NCBI GenBank assembly: GCA_964384105.1
Contig: CAYLJV010000004.1
Location: 32,001-96,000 of the forward strand
Length of the DNA stretch: 64,000 bases
Direction: 5' to 3'
Source: Candidatus Hadarchaeota archaeon
Lineage (GTDB): Archaea > Hadarchaeota > Hadarchaeia > Hadarchaeales > JAGGTB01
The notes under the pieces are model-generated. The model saw only the letters and a program-made list of their open reading frames with translations, had not been told where the DNA came from and did no database searches. The translations under genes were made by a program, and so were the position numbers. Below are positions 9,558 through 19,005 of this stretch, piece by piece. Positions within the stretch are counted from its first letter, which is position 1, and each line of letters starts with the position of its first letter.

Positions 9558-12176
9558 CTAATTTTGGAATCTCTGCAGTTTTACTTTGAACTTAGCTCCG
9601 CCGAGCTCGGAATCCTCGACTTTTATATTACCACCATAACTTTCAGCAATTTCTTTTACTAGGGCTAATCCCAAGCCGGAACCGGCATTTTTTCCGCATT
9701 TGAACCCTTTTTCGAAGATTTTGTCTTTTATCTGGTTGGAAATACCCTTTCCATCATCTTCTACAATAATCACACATTTTTCCCCCGATTTTTCCGCGGA
9801 TATTTTTATCTTCTTACAATTTGCATGTTTGATAGAATTTTCTAAAAGATTGGAGAAGAGCTCTTCTAGTAGCGGTCCTCCTAATATTTCACAATCTAGA
9901 TTTTCATATTCGATTTTGATACCATCTTCTTTTGCTTGAGTTTCGTGTTCACAAATTACATTTCCTATAACTGTGTGAATATTGAATTTACTAACTCTAC
10001 TTCCTCCGATTTCCCTTAGAGTCCTGACCTTCTCAATTAGTTCGTTCCCTTCCTTACTTGCCTTCTGAGCCTTTCTGATGAATCCTTTCGCTTCTTCAGG
10101 AAGATCGAAGTCTTTTAGGAGTTCGTGATATCCACCTATAATTTGGATCTTATTCTTTAGATCATGTCTTAGAAGCGAATGAAGAAAATCTTCCCTTTCT
10201 TCCATCTTTTTTTCTTCTGTTATGTCACGCCCTAGAGATACAAAACCGATGATATTACCATCTTCGTCTTTTAGAGCATGTGAATTCCAGGAAATTGTTC
10301 TTTTTTGACCATCCTTTCTTCTAATAGTTGTTTCGAGCCCTTCCATCGTTTCTTCCCCGGATACTACCTTTTGGACCTTTTCAAGTATATTCTCTCGATA
10401 TTCCTCATCAGGGTAGAAAAGTTCCCATAATCTTTTACTACCTAAAACTTCGTCTCTGGAATATCCGCTTATCTCCTCAGCCGCTTTGTTGAAAACTAAG
10501 GCGTTTCCCTCTTTATCGAAGACGTCTATCCAGACATTAGAGTTTTCAATAATGCTCTTTCTGAATCTGCTTAGTTCTTCGATTTTTTCTTGCGCTCTTT
10601 TCTGCTCTGTTATGTCTACAGCATGTTCTACTACTCCTATCACCTCATCTTTTTTATTTTTGACAGGGTCGCCTCTTATTTTCCAGGTTTTGTCATCTGG
10701 AGTAGTAAGTTCGGCCTCTTTCGATTTCTTAGTCTTTATCGCCTTTTCGACCGGACAGCCCTTGCAAGATTCATCTAGTTTTCTCCAGATCTCGTAGCAT
10801 TTCTGACCTTCCAGATCTTCAGGATCTTCGCCAACAGCTTTTCCGTAGGGTTCGTTTGCCCACACGATCCTTTGATTGATATCGTGATACGCTATTATCT
10901 CCGAAATATTGTTGAGAATTATTGATTTTTCCCTTTCCGATTTTTTCAGTTCTTTTTCCATATTCATTCTTTCGATTTCAGCTCCTACTCTGGACGCTGA
11001 AATAGTTAAGGCTTTTTTCCAGCTTCTGGGTTTTCTTAATCTATCCTTTGATATTACCCAAAGGACCCCCACTGTTCTGTCTTCCGTGTTTTTTATCGGT
11101 ATTCCGGCGTATCCTTCTGCACCTAGATCCTTTAGTTCTTCGTCCTCAGGAAACTGGCTACAAATATTTTCTTGATAAATACAGGCTCCTTCTTTGGTTA
11201 CATTCTCGCATGGAGTTTTGGGAAGTTCATATTCAAAATCCTTAATTTTTTCCCCGTCAAGAACCATGGCTATGGATTTTACTTTCTTTCCATCTTTAAT
11301 CTCCCCTATGTAGGCACCATCTGCGTTAAAGAATCGAGCTAACTCTTTAACTGTTTTAACAAATAGTTCCTGACCGATCGTTCCAACAGTGCTTTTTACT
11401 AGGTATTCCAAGGCCTTTTTAGATTCTTCTTGCTCTGTGATATCTTTTGAGATTACTGAGACTCTGTCAGTTTCTCCTGTTATTGGATTTTCAATAGGGG
11501 TGATGGTTCTAATTATGTAATATTCACCGTTAGTCCGGTGTTTTATTTCTTGAGTTTGCGATTTTCCTGATTCGAGTGTTTTTCTAACTTTCTTTTCAAA
11601 TTCTCTTGAATCTTTCTCTTCATGCAACTCGTGAAATTTAGTGCCGATTATCTCTTCATGCTTAATATCGTGTCTGCTCAGTTCCACGTCGTTTGCGAAA
11701 ACAAATCTGTAGTTTTTGTCTATGATGTAGATCGGGTCTTTTGAGCCCTTTACCAGAGAAGAGAGTTCGGATTCTATTTTTTCTTTTTCCCATCGAACTT
11801 TTTTGTGCTTTATCTCTTGAACAATCGCTTGAGCTAAGACACCGTACTGAGACCTTGGATCGCCTCCCTTCTGGATGTATCGATCGGCTCCGAGATTTAG
11901 AGCTTCTATTGCTACTTCCTCTCGACCTTTTCCGGTGAACATAAGAAAGGGTATATCACTTTCTAGCTCTTTTCTTATAATCTTGAGAAATTCTAGGCCA
12001 CTCTGAATTGGCATCTGATAGTCGGATACAATTGTATCATACTCTTCTTTATCTAGCATACCTAGGCCTTCTTCCACTGAAGTGGCTGTCTCTACGTTTA
12101 GCTTATCTTCCTTTTCAAGGAAGATTTTTGCCTGCTCTAAGATATCTGGCTCGTCGTCTACCATGAGAACTTTCAT
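9558..12176 (-). CDS. REC-PAS-GAF-PAS-PAS histidine kinase
   Basis: VDDEPD/SDYQMP receiver, PAS/PAC motifs, GAF (TPCENV..YAGIPI), LRHDLKN H-box, NSIKHA, DDGKG, GLGL. Confidence 0.92.
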   Translation of the reverse strand: MKVLMVDDEPDILEQAKIFLEKEDKLNVETATSVEEGLGMLDKEEYDTIVSDYQMPIQSGLEFLKIIRKELESDIPFLMFTGKGREEVAIEALNLGADRYIQKGGDPRSQYGVLAQAIVQEIKHKKVRWEKEKIESELSSLVKGSKDPIYIIDKNYRFVFANDVELSRHDIKHEEIIGTKFHELHEEKDSREFEKKVRKTLESGKSQTQEIKHRTNGEYYIIRTITPIENPITGETDRVSVISKDITEQEESKKALEYLVKSTVGTIGQELFVKTVKELARFFNADGAYIGEIKDGKKVKSIAMVLDGEKIKDFEYELPKTPCENVTKEGACIYQENICSQFPEDEELKDLGAEGYAGIPIKNTEDRTVGVLWVISKDRLRKPRSWKKALTISASRVGAEIERMNMEKELKKSEREKSIILNNISEIIAYHDINQRIVWANEPYGKAVGEDPEDLEGQKCYEIWRKLDESCKGCPVEKAIKTKKSKEAELTTPDDKTWKIRGDPVKNKKDEVIGVVEHAVDITEQKRAQEKIEELSRFRKSIIENSNVWIDVFDKEGNALVFNKAAEEISGYSRDEVLGSKRLWELFYPDEEYRENILEKVQKVVSGEETMEGLETTIRRKDGQKRTISWNSHALKDEDGNIIGFVSLGRDITEEKKMEEREDFLHSLLRHDLKNKIQIIGGYHELLKDFDLPEEAKGFIRKAQKASKEGNELIEKVRTLREIGGSRVSKFNIHTVIGNVICEHETQAKEDGIKIEYENLDCEILGGPLLEELFSNLLENSIKHANCKKIKISAEKSGEKCVIIVEDDGKGISNQIKDKIFEKGFKCGKNAGSGLGLALVKEIAESYGGNIKVEDSELGGAKFKVKLQRFQN

Positions 12177-12361
12177 TTTTTTACTTTCCTTTTTACTAGC
12201 TTCAAAGAGCTCCTTTTTAAATTATCAATACTTATCTCGGATTTTCTGTGATAAAGTTTTTCTTAGAGTGTTTGTTTCTGATAATTGATGTAAAGAATTC
12301 ACCGATTGGGAAAGTATTAAATGAGTAAAGATATATCTCACATGTCCCGGAGTTTTTACTC

Positions 12362-13249
12362 ATGCAGTCAGATTTAATCAGTGCGGCATTAGCTATCACT
12401 TCTGCGTTATTTTTTGCATTTGAGGCCTTAATGATAAGAAGATCTACCGTGAGGGGTGATCCGATGGACGCTGCTATTGGCGTCATGTGGGTTAGCTTTT
12501 TAGTTTATCTCCCCTTCTCTATTTTTTACTCTTTAAGCTCTGTCCTAACTGTCAAATCAATTTTAGCTTTTTTTGCTGCGGGAGCCTTTGGATCTTTTCT
12601 TGCAGTGATCTGTCTTTATTTCGGGATCAAGATAGTGGGAGCTTCTCAGACGAGTCCAGTTCTTAAGGGAGACCTTTTAGTAGCCTCAATAGTGGGAGTT
12701 TTTTTACTTGGTGAGACCGTTACGGCTGGCCATCTTGCCGGAATATTACTTTTGGTTGTAGGTCTGGTGATCGTTAGTCGAGAGATGGAAAGTGATGATT
12801 CTGCTACAGATTGGAGTCCGAAAATAGACCTCTTTTTTCCGATAGGTGCGATGGTGTTTTCGGGCTTGGCGAGACCGTTTGCTAAGATAGGATTATCTGA
12901 AGGGACACCCGTATTCTTGGGTTTAGGAATAAAATTCTCCGCCGGATTGGGTCTTCTTATCCTCTATTTTCTTATCAGAGGTAGATCCCCTTTTGCACCC
13001 TTTAAATCAGCTGAAAGGAAATCGTATATTCTTACAGGCTTTGCCGTTGCGATAGGAATGTTGTTGTTTTATTTGGCGCTCAGAGTATCTAGGGTCGTAG
13101 TCGTTATGCCTTTCTGGAGTTTAACTCCTCTTTTCGTACTAATTTTCTCGTATCTCTATTTGAAGAAGCTGGAAAGAATAACGAAGGGATTGGTTTTAGG
13201 TACCGTGACAGTTATTATTGGGGCTATTTTGACCGGTATCTTCATGTGA
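12362..13249 (+). CDS. EamA/DMT family transporter
   Basis: Ten TM segments in two repeats, LLGE and LKKLERIT motifs. Confidence 0.85.
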   Translation: MQSDLISAALAITSALFFAFEALMIRRSTVRGDPMDAAIGVMWVSFLVYLPFSIFYSLSSVLTVKSILAFFAAGAFGSFLAVICLYFGIKIVGASQTSPVLKGDLLVASIVGVFLLGETVTAGHLAGILLLVVGLVIVSREMESDDSATDWSPKIDLFFPIGAMVFSGLARPFAKIGLSEGTPVFLGLGIKFSAGLGLLILYFLIRGRSPFAPFKSAERKSYILTGFAVAIGMLLFYLALRVSRVVVVMPFWSLTPLFVLIFSYLYLKKLERITKGLVLGTVTVIIGAILTGIFM

Positions 13250-13306
13250 TTGTTTTGATTTAATTAGCAGCTTGAACATTAAAAGGATAGGTAGTGGGGA
13301 AAATCG

Positions 13307-13930
13307 ATGGTCAAAGTTGTAAAGATTTGCGAGGACGAATCTTCAGAAGCGATAGAGGAAGCAGCTGATTTGATAGACCGAGGTGAGCTGGTTATTTATC
13401 CCACTGAGACGGTTTATGGGCTGGGGGCTGATGCGACTTCTGATGAAGCGGCTTACAAGATTTTCGAGGCCAAGAAGAGGCCCTTTGAAAAGCCTATTTC
13501 CATAGCAGTCGATTCTCTGTCCATGGCTTACTATGCCGGCAAACTCTCCCGATTGGCAGAAGATCTGATTCAGGAATTTTTACCGGGACCTCTTACAGTT
13601 ATTGTGGAGAAGAGACCAGTGATCTCGGATGTATTGTCCGCAGGCACAAAAAAAATTGGTATCAGGATTCCCGATCACCCCGTGGCGTTAGGGATAATTC
13701 GAAGGTTTGGGAGGCCGATAACCACCACCTCGGCCAACATTTCAGGTGAATCTGAACCTTTTGGAGTAAATGAAGCTGTAAATCAACTCGAAAAATCGAT
13801 ATCACTGGCGATAGATTCGGGAAGATCGAAATCAAGTGGGCCCTCCACTGTGGTGGATTTGACTGAGGGATTGAGGATGGTGAGAGAGGGTCCTTTATCG
13901 GAATCAAAAATCCGCTCTTTTTTAAGATGA
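13307..13930 (+). CDS. sua5: L-threonylcarbamoyladenylate synthase (YrdC/Sua5 domain)
   Basis: YPTETVYGLGAD, KKRP, PGPLT, TTSANISG, STVVD. Confidence 0.93.
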   Translation: MVKVVKICEDESSEAIEEAADLIDRGELVIYPTETVYGLGADATSDEAAYKIFEAKKRPFEKPISIAVDSLSMAYYAGKLSRLAEDLIQEFLPGPLTVIVEKRPVISDVLSAGTKKIGIRIPDHPVALGIIRRFGRPITTTSANISGESEPFGVNEAVNQLEKSISLAIDSGRSKSSGPSTVVDLTEGLRMVREGPLSESKIRSFLR

Positions 13931-13999
13931 TTATCAGGCCTACGAAGAATCCGAAAAGTTTTATTTAGGGATTGTAATCAACCAAACAAGTGAAGAGAA

Positions 14000-14392
14000 A
14001 TGTCAAGAAACCCGTTTGATGAATTTAAGAAGTTCGAAAAAATGTTCCGTGAGATGATGGAAAATGATGGCCTCCTTTTAGGAGGGTCAGGTTACAGCAT
14101 CAGCGTTCAGAGAATCGGAGATGAGACAAAAGTTAAGGTAAACGGTGATATTTCCGAGAGGGATATAGAGCAACTAAAGCGAAAATATCCGGATTCGGAG
14201 ATTGTGGTGAACGATAAGAAAATTGGTGATGGAAGTCCAGTAGAAGTTTTGGATGATTCAGAGAATGTCTCTTCTGAGAAAGAAAGTACTTCTCGTGAGA
14301 ATGGGCCCGAAATAGAAGAAGTCGACGAGGACGAAATAGAGCCTGAGGAGCTCGCTCTCAAGAGATTTGAAGAGAGAAAGAAAAAGGAGTGA
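14000..14392 (+). CDS. hypothetical protein with acidic C-terminus
   Basis: 130 aa ATG ORF co-oriented with neighbours; N-terminus NPFDEFKKFEKMFREM resembles sHsp N-terminal arms. Confidence 0.65.
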   Translation: MSRNPFDEFKKFEKMFREMMENDGLLLGGSGYSISVQRIGDETKVKVNGDISERDIEQLKRKYPDSEIVVNDKKIGDGSPVEVLDDSENVSSEKESTSRENGPEIEEVDEDEIEPEELALKRFEERKKKE

Positions 14393-14437
14393 AAAGCTTC
14401 TGACTAAAGCTTTTGCTGTTTTCTTTCTGAAAGAGGT

Positions 14438-15085
14438 GTGTCTTTGGTAGCAGTACTTTTTGATTTAGATGGTACAATTGCAGGTAATTCCAGGAGAAAA
14501 AGCGAAGTAATGGACCAGGTTGCAAATAAATTCGGGGTTCCGGGCATAAAACGGGAGGATTACTTGAAAGCCTTCAAGAAAGTAGTGAATGATAAAAAAT
14601 TGGATAATAGAGTTCCCATTTTTAAGGAGATTGTAGGGGATAGGGCTCTGGCAGAGAAAATCGCTGAGGAGTATAGAAGAAGATCTTTGGAGGGCATCTA
14701 CGTTTACGAAGATGCGAAGGACCTTTTGGAGAATCTGACTGTTAAAATGGGCTTAGTCACCAATGGGCCTCGAGAGGTTCAATGGGAGAAGATCAAGATG
14801 CTCAATATTGAGAAATATTTTGATACGATTCTGGTTTCCGGAGAGTTGGGTGAGTCCAAGCCCCAGTCGAAAATTTTTCAAATTGCGATGAACTCTCTTA
14901 AATCAAAACCAATTGAAACAATGTATGTGGGCGATGTTCCGGGTTTAGATGTAGTCGGAGCAAAAGCTGCTGGGCTTATAGCGGTTTTGATAAATAGAGA
15001 TGGAAAAAAAGTCGATTACAGTCCGGATTATGAAGTTAAGGACCTTAGAGAAGTTTACCAGATAGTCAAGAGCATGGGTGGTTAG
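14438..15085 (+). CDS. HAD-superfamily hydrolase
   Basis: FDLDGT, VTNG, KP..KIF, YVGD...DVVGA. Confidence 0.9.
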   Translation: MSLVAVLFDLDGTIAGNSRRKSEVMDQVANKFGVPGIKREDYLKAFKKVVNDKKLDNRVPIFKEIVGDRALAEKIAEEYRRRSLEGIYVYEDAKDLLENLTVKMGLVTNGPREVQWEKIKMLNIEKYFDTILVSGELGESKPQSKIFQIAMNSLKSKPIETMYVGDVPGLDVVGAKAAGLIAVLINRDGKKVDYSPDYEVKDLREVYQIVKSMGG

Positions 15086-15086
15086 T

Positions 15087-15212
15087 TTGGTCAAGAGATA
15101 TGAGTGTAAGGATTGTGGGAAAGAAATATCTCGACAAGAGCTCGAGAATTCGGATAAAATCGTCTGTCCTTACTGTGAGTCTTATAGAATTAAAAAGACT
15201 GAAGAAGATTGA
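15087..15212 (+). CDS. 41-aa zinc-ribbon microprotein (not in ORF track)
   Basis: TTG start after GGTGG SD; MVKRYECKDCGKEISRQELENSDKIVCPYCESYRIKKTEED with two CxxC pairs. Confidence 0.7.
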   Translation: MVKRYECKDCGKEISRQELENSDKIVCPYCESYRIKKTEED

Positions 15213-15216
15213 GAAT

Positions 15217-15735
15217 TTAACCTTCTAAAGATTCTTTTCCGACGAGGAGTTCGCCTAATTGCTTGCGTTCAGATTCGGGCTCTTCTGCCGGTTGCCCTAT
15301 GCAGAAAACGGCCATTAGTTCAAGATGGTCAGGTACTTTTGTGATCTTTTTAACACATTCTTCGTGATTCAGGATTTCCCCATTCCAAACTGCACCGAGG
15401 CCTAAGGAGTGAGTAGCTAGCCATATATTTTGACAACAGGCACCGATGCCCTGCAGGTCCTTTGTTCGATCGTAACCAGCTTCGCTGTCCAGATAGACAA
15501 TTATGAGAACTTTTGCCTGTTTCATCGTTTTTGAATATTTTGTACACTCTGCAATCTCTGTGATTTCGTCTTTTTCTGTTATTACTTGAAACCTCCAAGG
15601 TTGGTTGTTTAATCCTGAAGGTGCCCATCTAGCGGCGTTTAATATTTTTTCGATTTTTTCTTTAGAAACTGGCTTATCCTTGAATTTTCTGATACTTCGC
15701 CTTTCTTTTATACACTTTATGACGTCGTTGCCCAT
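15217..15735 (-). CDS. nitroreductase family protein
   Basis: RRSIRKF, APSGLNNQPW, LGLGAVW. Confidence 0.9.
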   Translation of the reverse strand: MGNDVIKCIKERRSIRKFKDKPVSKEKIEKILNAARWAPSGLNNQPWRFQVITEKDEITEIAECTKYSKTMKQAKVLIIVYLDSEAGYDRTKDLQGIGACCQNIWLATHSLGLGAVWNGEILNHEECVKKITKVPDHLELMAVFCIGQPAEEPESERKQLGELLVGKESLEG

Positions 15736-15780
15736 TTTAACAAATCCGATTATCCAAGGGATAAAATTAGGTCGTATTAC

Positions 15781-15927
15781 TTACTCTTCTTCGTCTTGTT
15801 TTTCTGTATGCCAGAATCGATCTTTCTTTGGATCGTAAATTACACTACAATTTTTACAATAACAGACACCTAGGCTTTCCCACCATTTCATATCTCGGTC
15901 ACATTCATTGCATTTTGGACATTCCAT
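15781..15927 (-). CDS. 48-aa Cys-rich zinc-finger microprotein (not in ORF track)
   Basis: AGGAG SD and ATG; MECPKCNECDRDMKWWESLGVCYCKNCSVIYDPKKDRFWHTEKQDEEE. Confidence 0.7.
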   Translation of the reverse strand: MECPKCNECDRDMKWWESLGVCYCKNCSVIYDPKKDRFWHTEKQDEEE

Positions 15928-16052
15928 AGTTTTCTCTCCTTATTTTCTTGAACCTCAAAAACGAACTTCTACGAGTATAGGCTTTTGAAAGTCCGCTTTG
16001 TACGTTCTGTAATACATTTATTTTCCTAGAGTATAAATTTTAGAGATTATTG

Positions 16053-16838
16053 TTATTTTGAGAGTTCTTTTGATCTTTTTTTGGCTGCTTTAACGGCTTT
16101 TTTAATATTTTCCTCTACTTTTCCGTCTTCTAGTACTTTTACTCCTTCGATAGTCGTACCCTTGGGTGAGCAGACCATATCTATAAGATCTTCCAGATTT
16201 TCTTTGGATTCTAAGACTAATTCACTGCTTCCCTTCACGGTTTGGGCGGCTAATCTTGTCGATTCACTTTCTGATAGTCCATTTTCCACTCCCGCATCTT
16301 TCATGGCTTTAATTACGAGAAAGATGTATGCAGGTCCACTCCCACTTAGTCCAGTTATTATGTCCATCAGATCTTCGTTTACTTTTAGAGTCTCACCCAT
16401 CTTGCTCAAAATCTCATTTACAAGTTTTTCGTCTTCTTCTGTAGCATTTTTTCCTAGGGTGTAGCCTGAGGCCATCTCCGCTACTCGTCCACAGATGTTA
16501 GGCATTACTCTGACTACCCTGGCGTTTGTATGTTTGCCGAGGAAGTCAGTTGATACTCCAGCGGCTAGAGATATCAGGAGTTTGTCCTCCGTTAGTTCGA
16601 GGTTCTCTATCACTTTTCCTACGATACTGGGTTTTACTGCTACGAAAACTACTTTGGATCCCTCGACGGCCTTTTTGTTATCTGTGGTAGTCTTTACCTC
16701 AAGTTCTCGGATTTTTTCTAGCTTCTCTTCGTCTAGGTCGCTGGCAGTTATTTCAGCTGGATTGAACGTCTTGGATCTGATGAGACCCGTTAAGAAAGAC
16801 TCTCCGAGATTCCCACAACCTATAATCGTTATTTTCAT
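16053..16838 (-). CDS. proC: pyrroline-5-carboxylate reductase
   Basis: IGCGNLG, VRVMPN, GLSGSGPAY, VCSPKGTTIEG. Confidence 0.95.
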   Translation of the reverse strand: MKITIIGCGNLGESFLTGLIRSKTFNPAEITASDLDEEKLEKIRELEVKTTTDNKKAVEGSKVVFVAVKPSIVGKVIENLELTEDKLLISLAAGVSTDFLGKHTNARVVRVMPNICGRVAEMASGYTLGKNATEEDEKLVNEILSKMGETLKVNEDLMDIITGLSGSGPAYIFLVIKAMKDAGVENGLSESESTRLAAQTVKGSSELVLESKENLEDLIDMVCSPKGTTIEGVKVLEDGKVEENIKKAVKAAKKRSKELSK

Positions 16839-16975
16839 GATATCGTACCTGTTTCAGTTACTTTCAATTCTTTAGGCCTATATTTCTACCGGAATTGAAA
16901 TGGGTTTATCGATATTATGAAACGTGAAGAACAATTATTTAGATGTGTTAATATGGAAATTTATATGTGGTTCAG

Positions 16976-17110
16976 ATGGGAGAGATTTTCAAACCTGGAG
17001 ATTCTAAAAAGGAGAAAATAAGGAGACTTGCCAACGAGCTTCAGATATCGGAGGAAGAAGCGAAGAAGATTCTGAAGAAGCGAGGATTGGAAGATCTGGA
17101 AAGGAAGTAA
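16976..17110 (+). CDS. 44-aa helical microprotein (not in ORF track)
   Basis: MGEIFKPGDSKKEKIRRLANELQISEEEAKKILKKRGLEDLERK; purine-rich coding-like composition. Confidence 0.55.
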   Translation: MGEIFKPGDSKKEKIRRLANELQISEEEAKKILKKRGLEDLERK

Positions 17111-17188
17111 GCTTCTTTGCTAGATAGAAACTTTCTAATTAGATCTTCAGCAAGTTTTTAATCTGCTGTTGTAATTATGTTCTGGTAG

Positions 17189-17268
17189 GCCCCGGTAGCT
17201 CAGTTCCGGTCTAGAGCGCACCCTTGGTAAGGGTGAGGTCGCGGGTTCGAATCTCGCCCGGGGCTCCA
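17189..17268 (+). tRNA. tRNA-Thr(GGU), CCA encoded
   Basis: GCCCCGG/CCGGGGC acceptor stem, CACCC-TTGGTAA-GGGTG anticodon arm, GGTTCGAATC. Confidence 0.96.
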
Positions 17269-17754
17269 TATCCGTCTTTTCTTTTGGAAAACGTGGGCGA
17301 AAAAGAGGAATTTTCTAGGCCTAATTTTTGGATTAAAGTATTTTCTAGGATTTTGACAGATTGATTCCTTCGCTTTTGGCAAGCTCTTTCAGTTCTTTAG
17401 GTGGTTGATTGTGGTCTTTCTTTTTTCTGTACGTACAGGATTTTTTCATTGGTCATATGGATTATTACTCCTTTGCAGGGTTTGGCTCGTTTAAGAGTGA
17501 AGAAAACAAATTCTCTATTTTTCTGTACTTTTATAGAATTTTAGTCAAACTACTACAGATATTGATCCGTTCACTCAAATGATCTTTTCGAATATCTTTG
17601 AGTATTTTATTTTCTTCTCTGTTTCTCCCCTCATGTGCTTTTTTTATATTTTCTTTCAGTTTTTTCATTAATTCAAATTTGAATTTCTTCAACTTCTCTT
17701 TTTCATTATCGGGTATATTTGGAATCATGCTTTTGAAATTATCAATAATTATCT

Positions 17755-18019
17755 TTGCAACAAAACAAAAAAGAGAAGAATCTTTTTCTTCCCTCTTTAT
17801 GTGGGTTACTCTGGCTTATTGGTTTTATAGGTCTCGCCACCTCAATTAAGCTCGTGGGTTTATCCGTAGCACTTCCCTTTATCGTTTCGAGCACTATTTT
17901 CTCAGTTTTTTTATGCCTTGTTGTCAAGGGAAATGGAATTTGGGTCTAATAAAAAGCAAATTTTACTTGGAGTTTTACTGGGTGTTCTAGGTATAATCGC
18001 CCTAGCCGGAAGTTTATGA
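17755..18019 (+). pseudogene. frameshifted C-terminal fragment of a DMT/GRP-like transporter
   Basis: GLLWLIGFIGLATSIKLVGLSVALPF... continues after a frameshift near 17930 as EFGSNKKQILLGVLLGVLGIIALAGSL*; no N-terminus. Confidence 0.5.
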
Positions 18020-18042
18020 AGCTGTAAAACGTTTTTTACTCT

Positions 18043-18170
18043 TTATCCTAAAATTTTCAACTCGGCCTTTATCGTAAATCTCTTTTAATTTCTTAGGACT
18101 GGAATCTGAGCAGTGTTGTCCTAAAACACTTTTAGGGATCCGACCACAAAGAGCGTCTATATACTCACCA
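18043..18170 (-). pseudogene. tyrosine integrase C-terminal fragment
   Basis: EYIDALCGRIPKSVLGQHCSDSSPKKLKEIYD then (after one extra A) KAELKILG*; resembles the archaeal integrase tail D.FCGRVP.SVL..HY.D.SP..L..IYDKA.L.VL, with catalytic Tyr replaced by Cys. Confidence 0.6.
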
Positions 18171-18201
18171 GAACTTTTTACTTGAGTTTTTTATTATTAT
18201 C

Positions 18202-18738
18202 CTACTCAGAAAACTTATTGTAAGTGATGAATTCATTTAAGTCCTTTCTGGATTTCTTTTTCTTTTCTAAAGGTCTCTTTGGATATCCCATCGTCATCAG
18301 GCCTACTATCTTGCAATAGTCTGGAACTTCTAGAACTTCTTTTGCTTTTTCTTGATTAAAGGCTCCTATCCAGCACGTTCCTAGTCCTTCTTCTGCGGCC
18401 TTGAGACTGAGGTGATCGAGAGCTATAGTCACATCTACGATTCCAGAAGGAATCTCACAAGACATTGTATATTCGGGATCAGTAGTAACACCTGCCACTA
18501 CAGCTGACGCTTCTTTCACGAAATCCTGTCTGTTTGCCGCTCTGGATAATTCTTCTTTTTTCTTGCTATCCGTCACTACGACGAATTTCCAATCCTGTTT
18601 ATTGTTAGCAGATGGTGCCATTCTGACGCAATCCATAATCTTCTCAACTTTCTCTTGAGGAATATCCCTGCCCTCATACGATCTCACAGATCTTCTACTC
18701 AATATGGCTTCTTCAACATTCAAAATATCTATCTCCAA
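18202..18738 (-). CDS. nitroreductase family protein
   Basis: RRSVRSY, APSANNKQDW, GLGTCWIGAF. Confidence 0.92.
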   Translation of the reverse strand: MEIDILNVEEAILSRRSVRSYEGRDIPQEKVEKIMDCVRMAPSANNKQDWKFVVVTDSKKKEELSRAANRQDFVKEASAVVAGVTTDPEYTMSCEIPSGIVDVTIALDHLSLKAAEEGLGTCWIGAFNQEKAKEVLEVPDYCKIVGLMTMGYPKRPLEKKKKSRKDLNEFITYNKFSE

Positions 18739-18819
18739 TTTATTTTGTAATTATTTAGTTAATTTCAATCTTATTTTTAATTTTGTTTTACCATTTTCTG
18801 GTTGTAATGGTTGTTTAAA

Positions 18820-18872
18820 ATGGAGGTACCGCCCCGGCCAGTCCTCGAAAGTCCGTGTGACCCTCTGATGTT
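18820..18872 (+). ncRNA. putative box C/D-like guide sRNA (23S P-loop)
   Basis: GC-rich 50-nt island in an AT-rich spacer; GTACCGCCCCGGCCA complementary to the conserved 23S P-loop; CTGA box at 18865-18868 followed by a T-tract; C box degenerate. Confidence 0.5.
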
Positions 18873-19005
18873 CTTTTTATTTTTCTAAACAAACACTTTA
18901 GTGTTATAGAAAAATTTTTAACAAATTGTAAAAATATTTATAGGAGCTTGGGGGTGACCTAGAGAGAATTTTCCAGTTAAGGTGATTTTATTAACATTTC
19001 AGTTA

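Larger units (their letters stand above)
17269..18190. mobile_element. decayed remnant of a tRNA-Thr-integrated element
   Basis: AT-rich region of broken ORFs immediately 3' of the tRNA, containing an integrase C-terminal fragment. Confidence 0.5.

Noticed and set aside
9321-9561. Short ORFs on both strands over tRNA-Leu
   Set aside because: Shadows of the tRNA gene.
15087-15212. RNA polymerase subunit Rpo12 call for the zinc ribbon
   Set aside because: Lacks the conserved basic C-terminal strand and the usual ribosomal gene context.
17200-17382. Stand-alone CDS antisense to tRNA-Thr
   Set aside because: Such ORFs arise from any tRNA antisense strand; kept only as a possible int(N) remnant.
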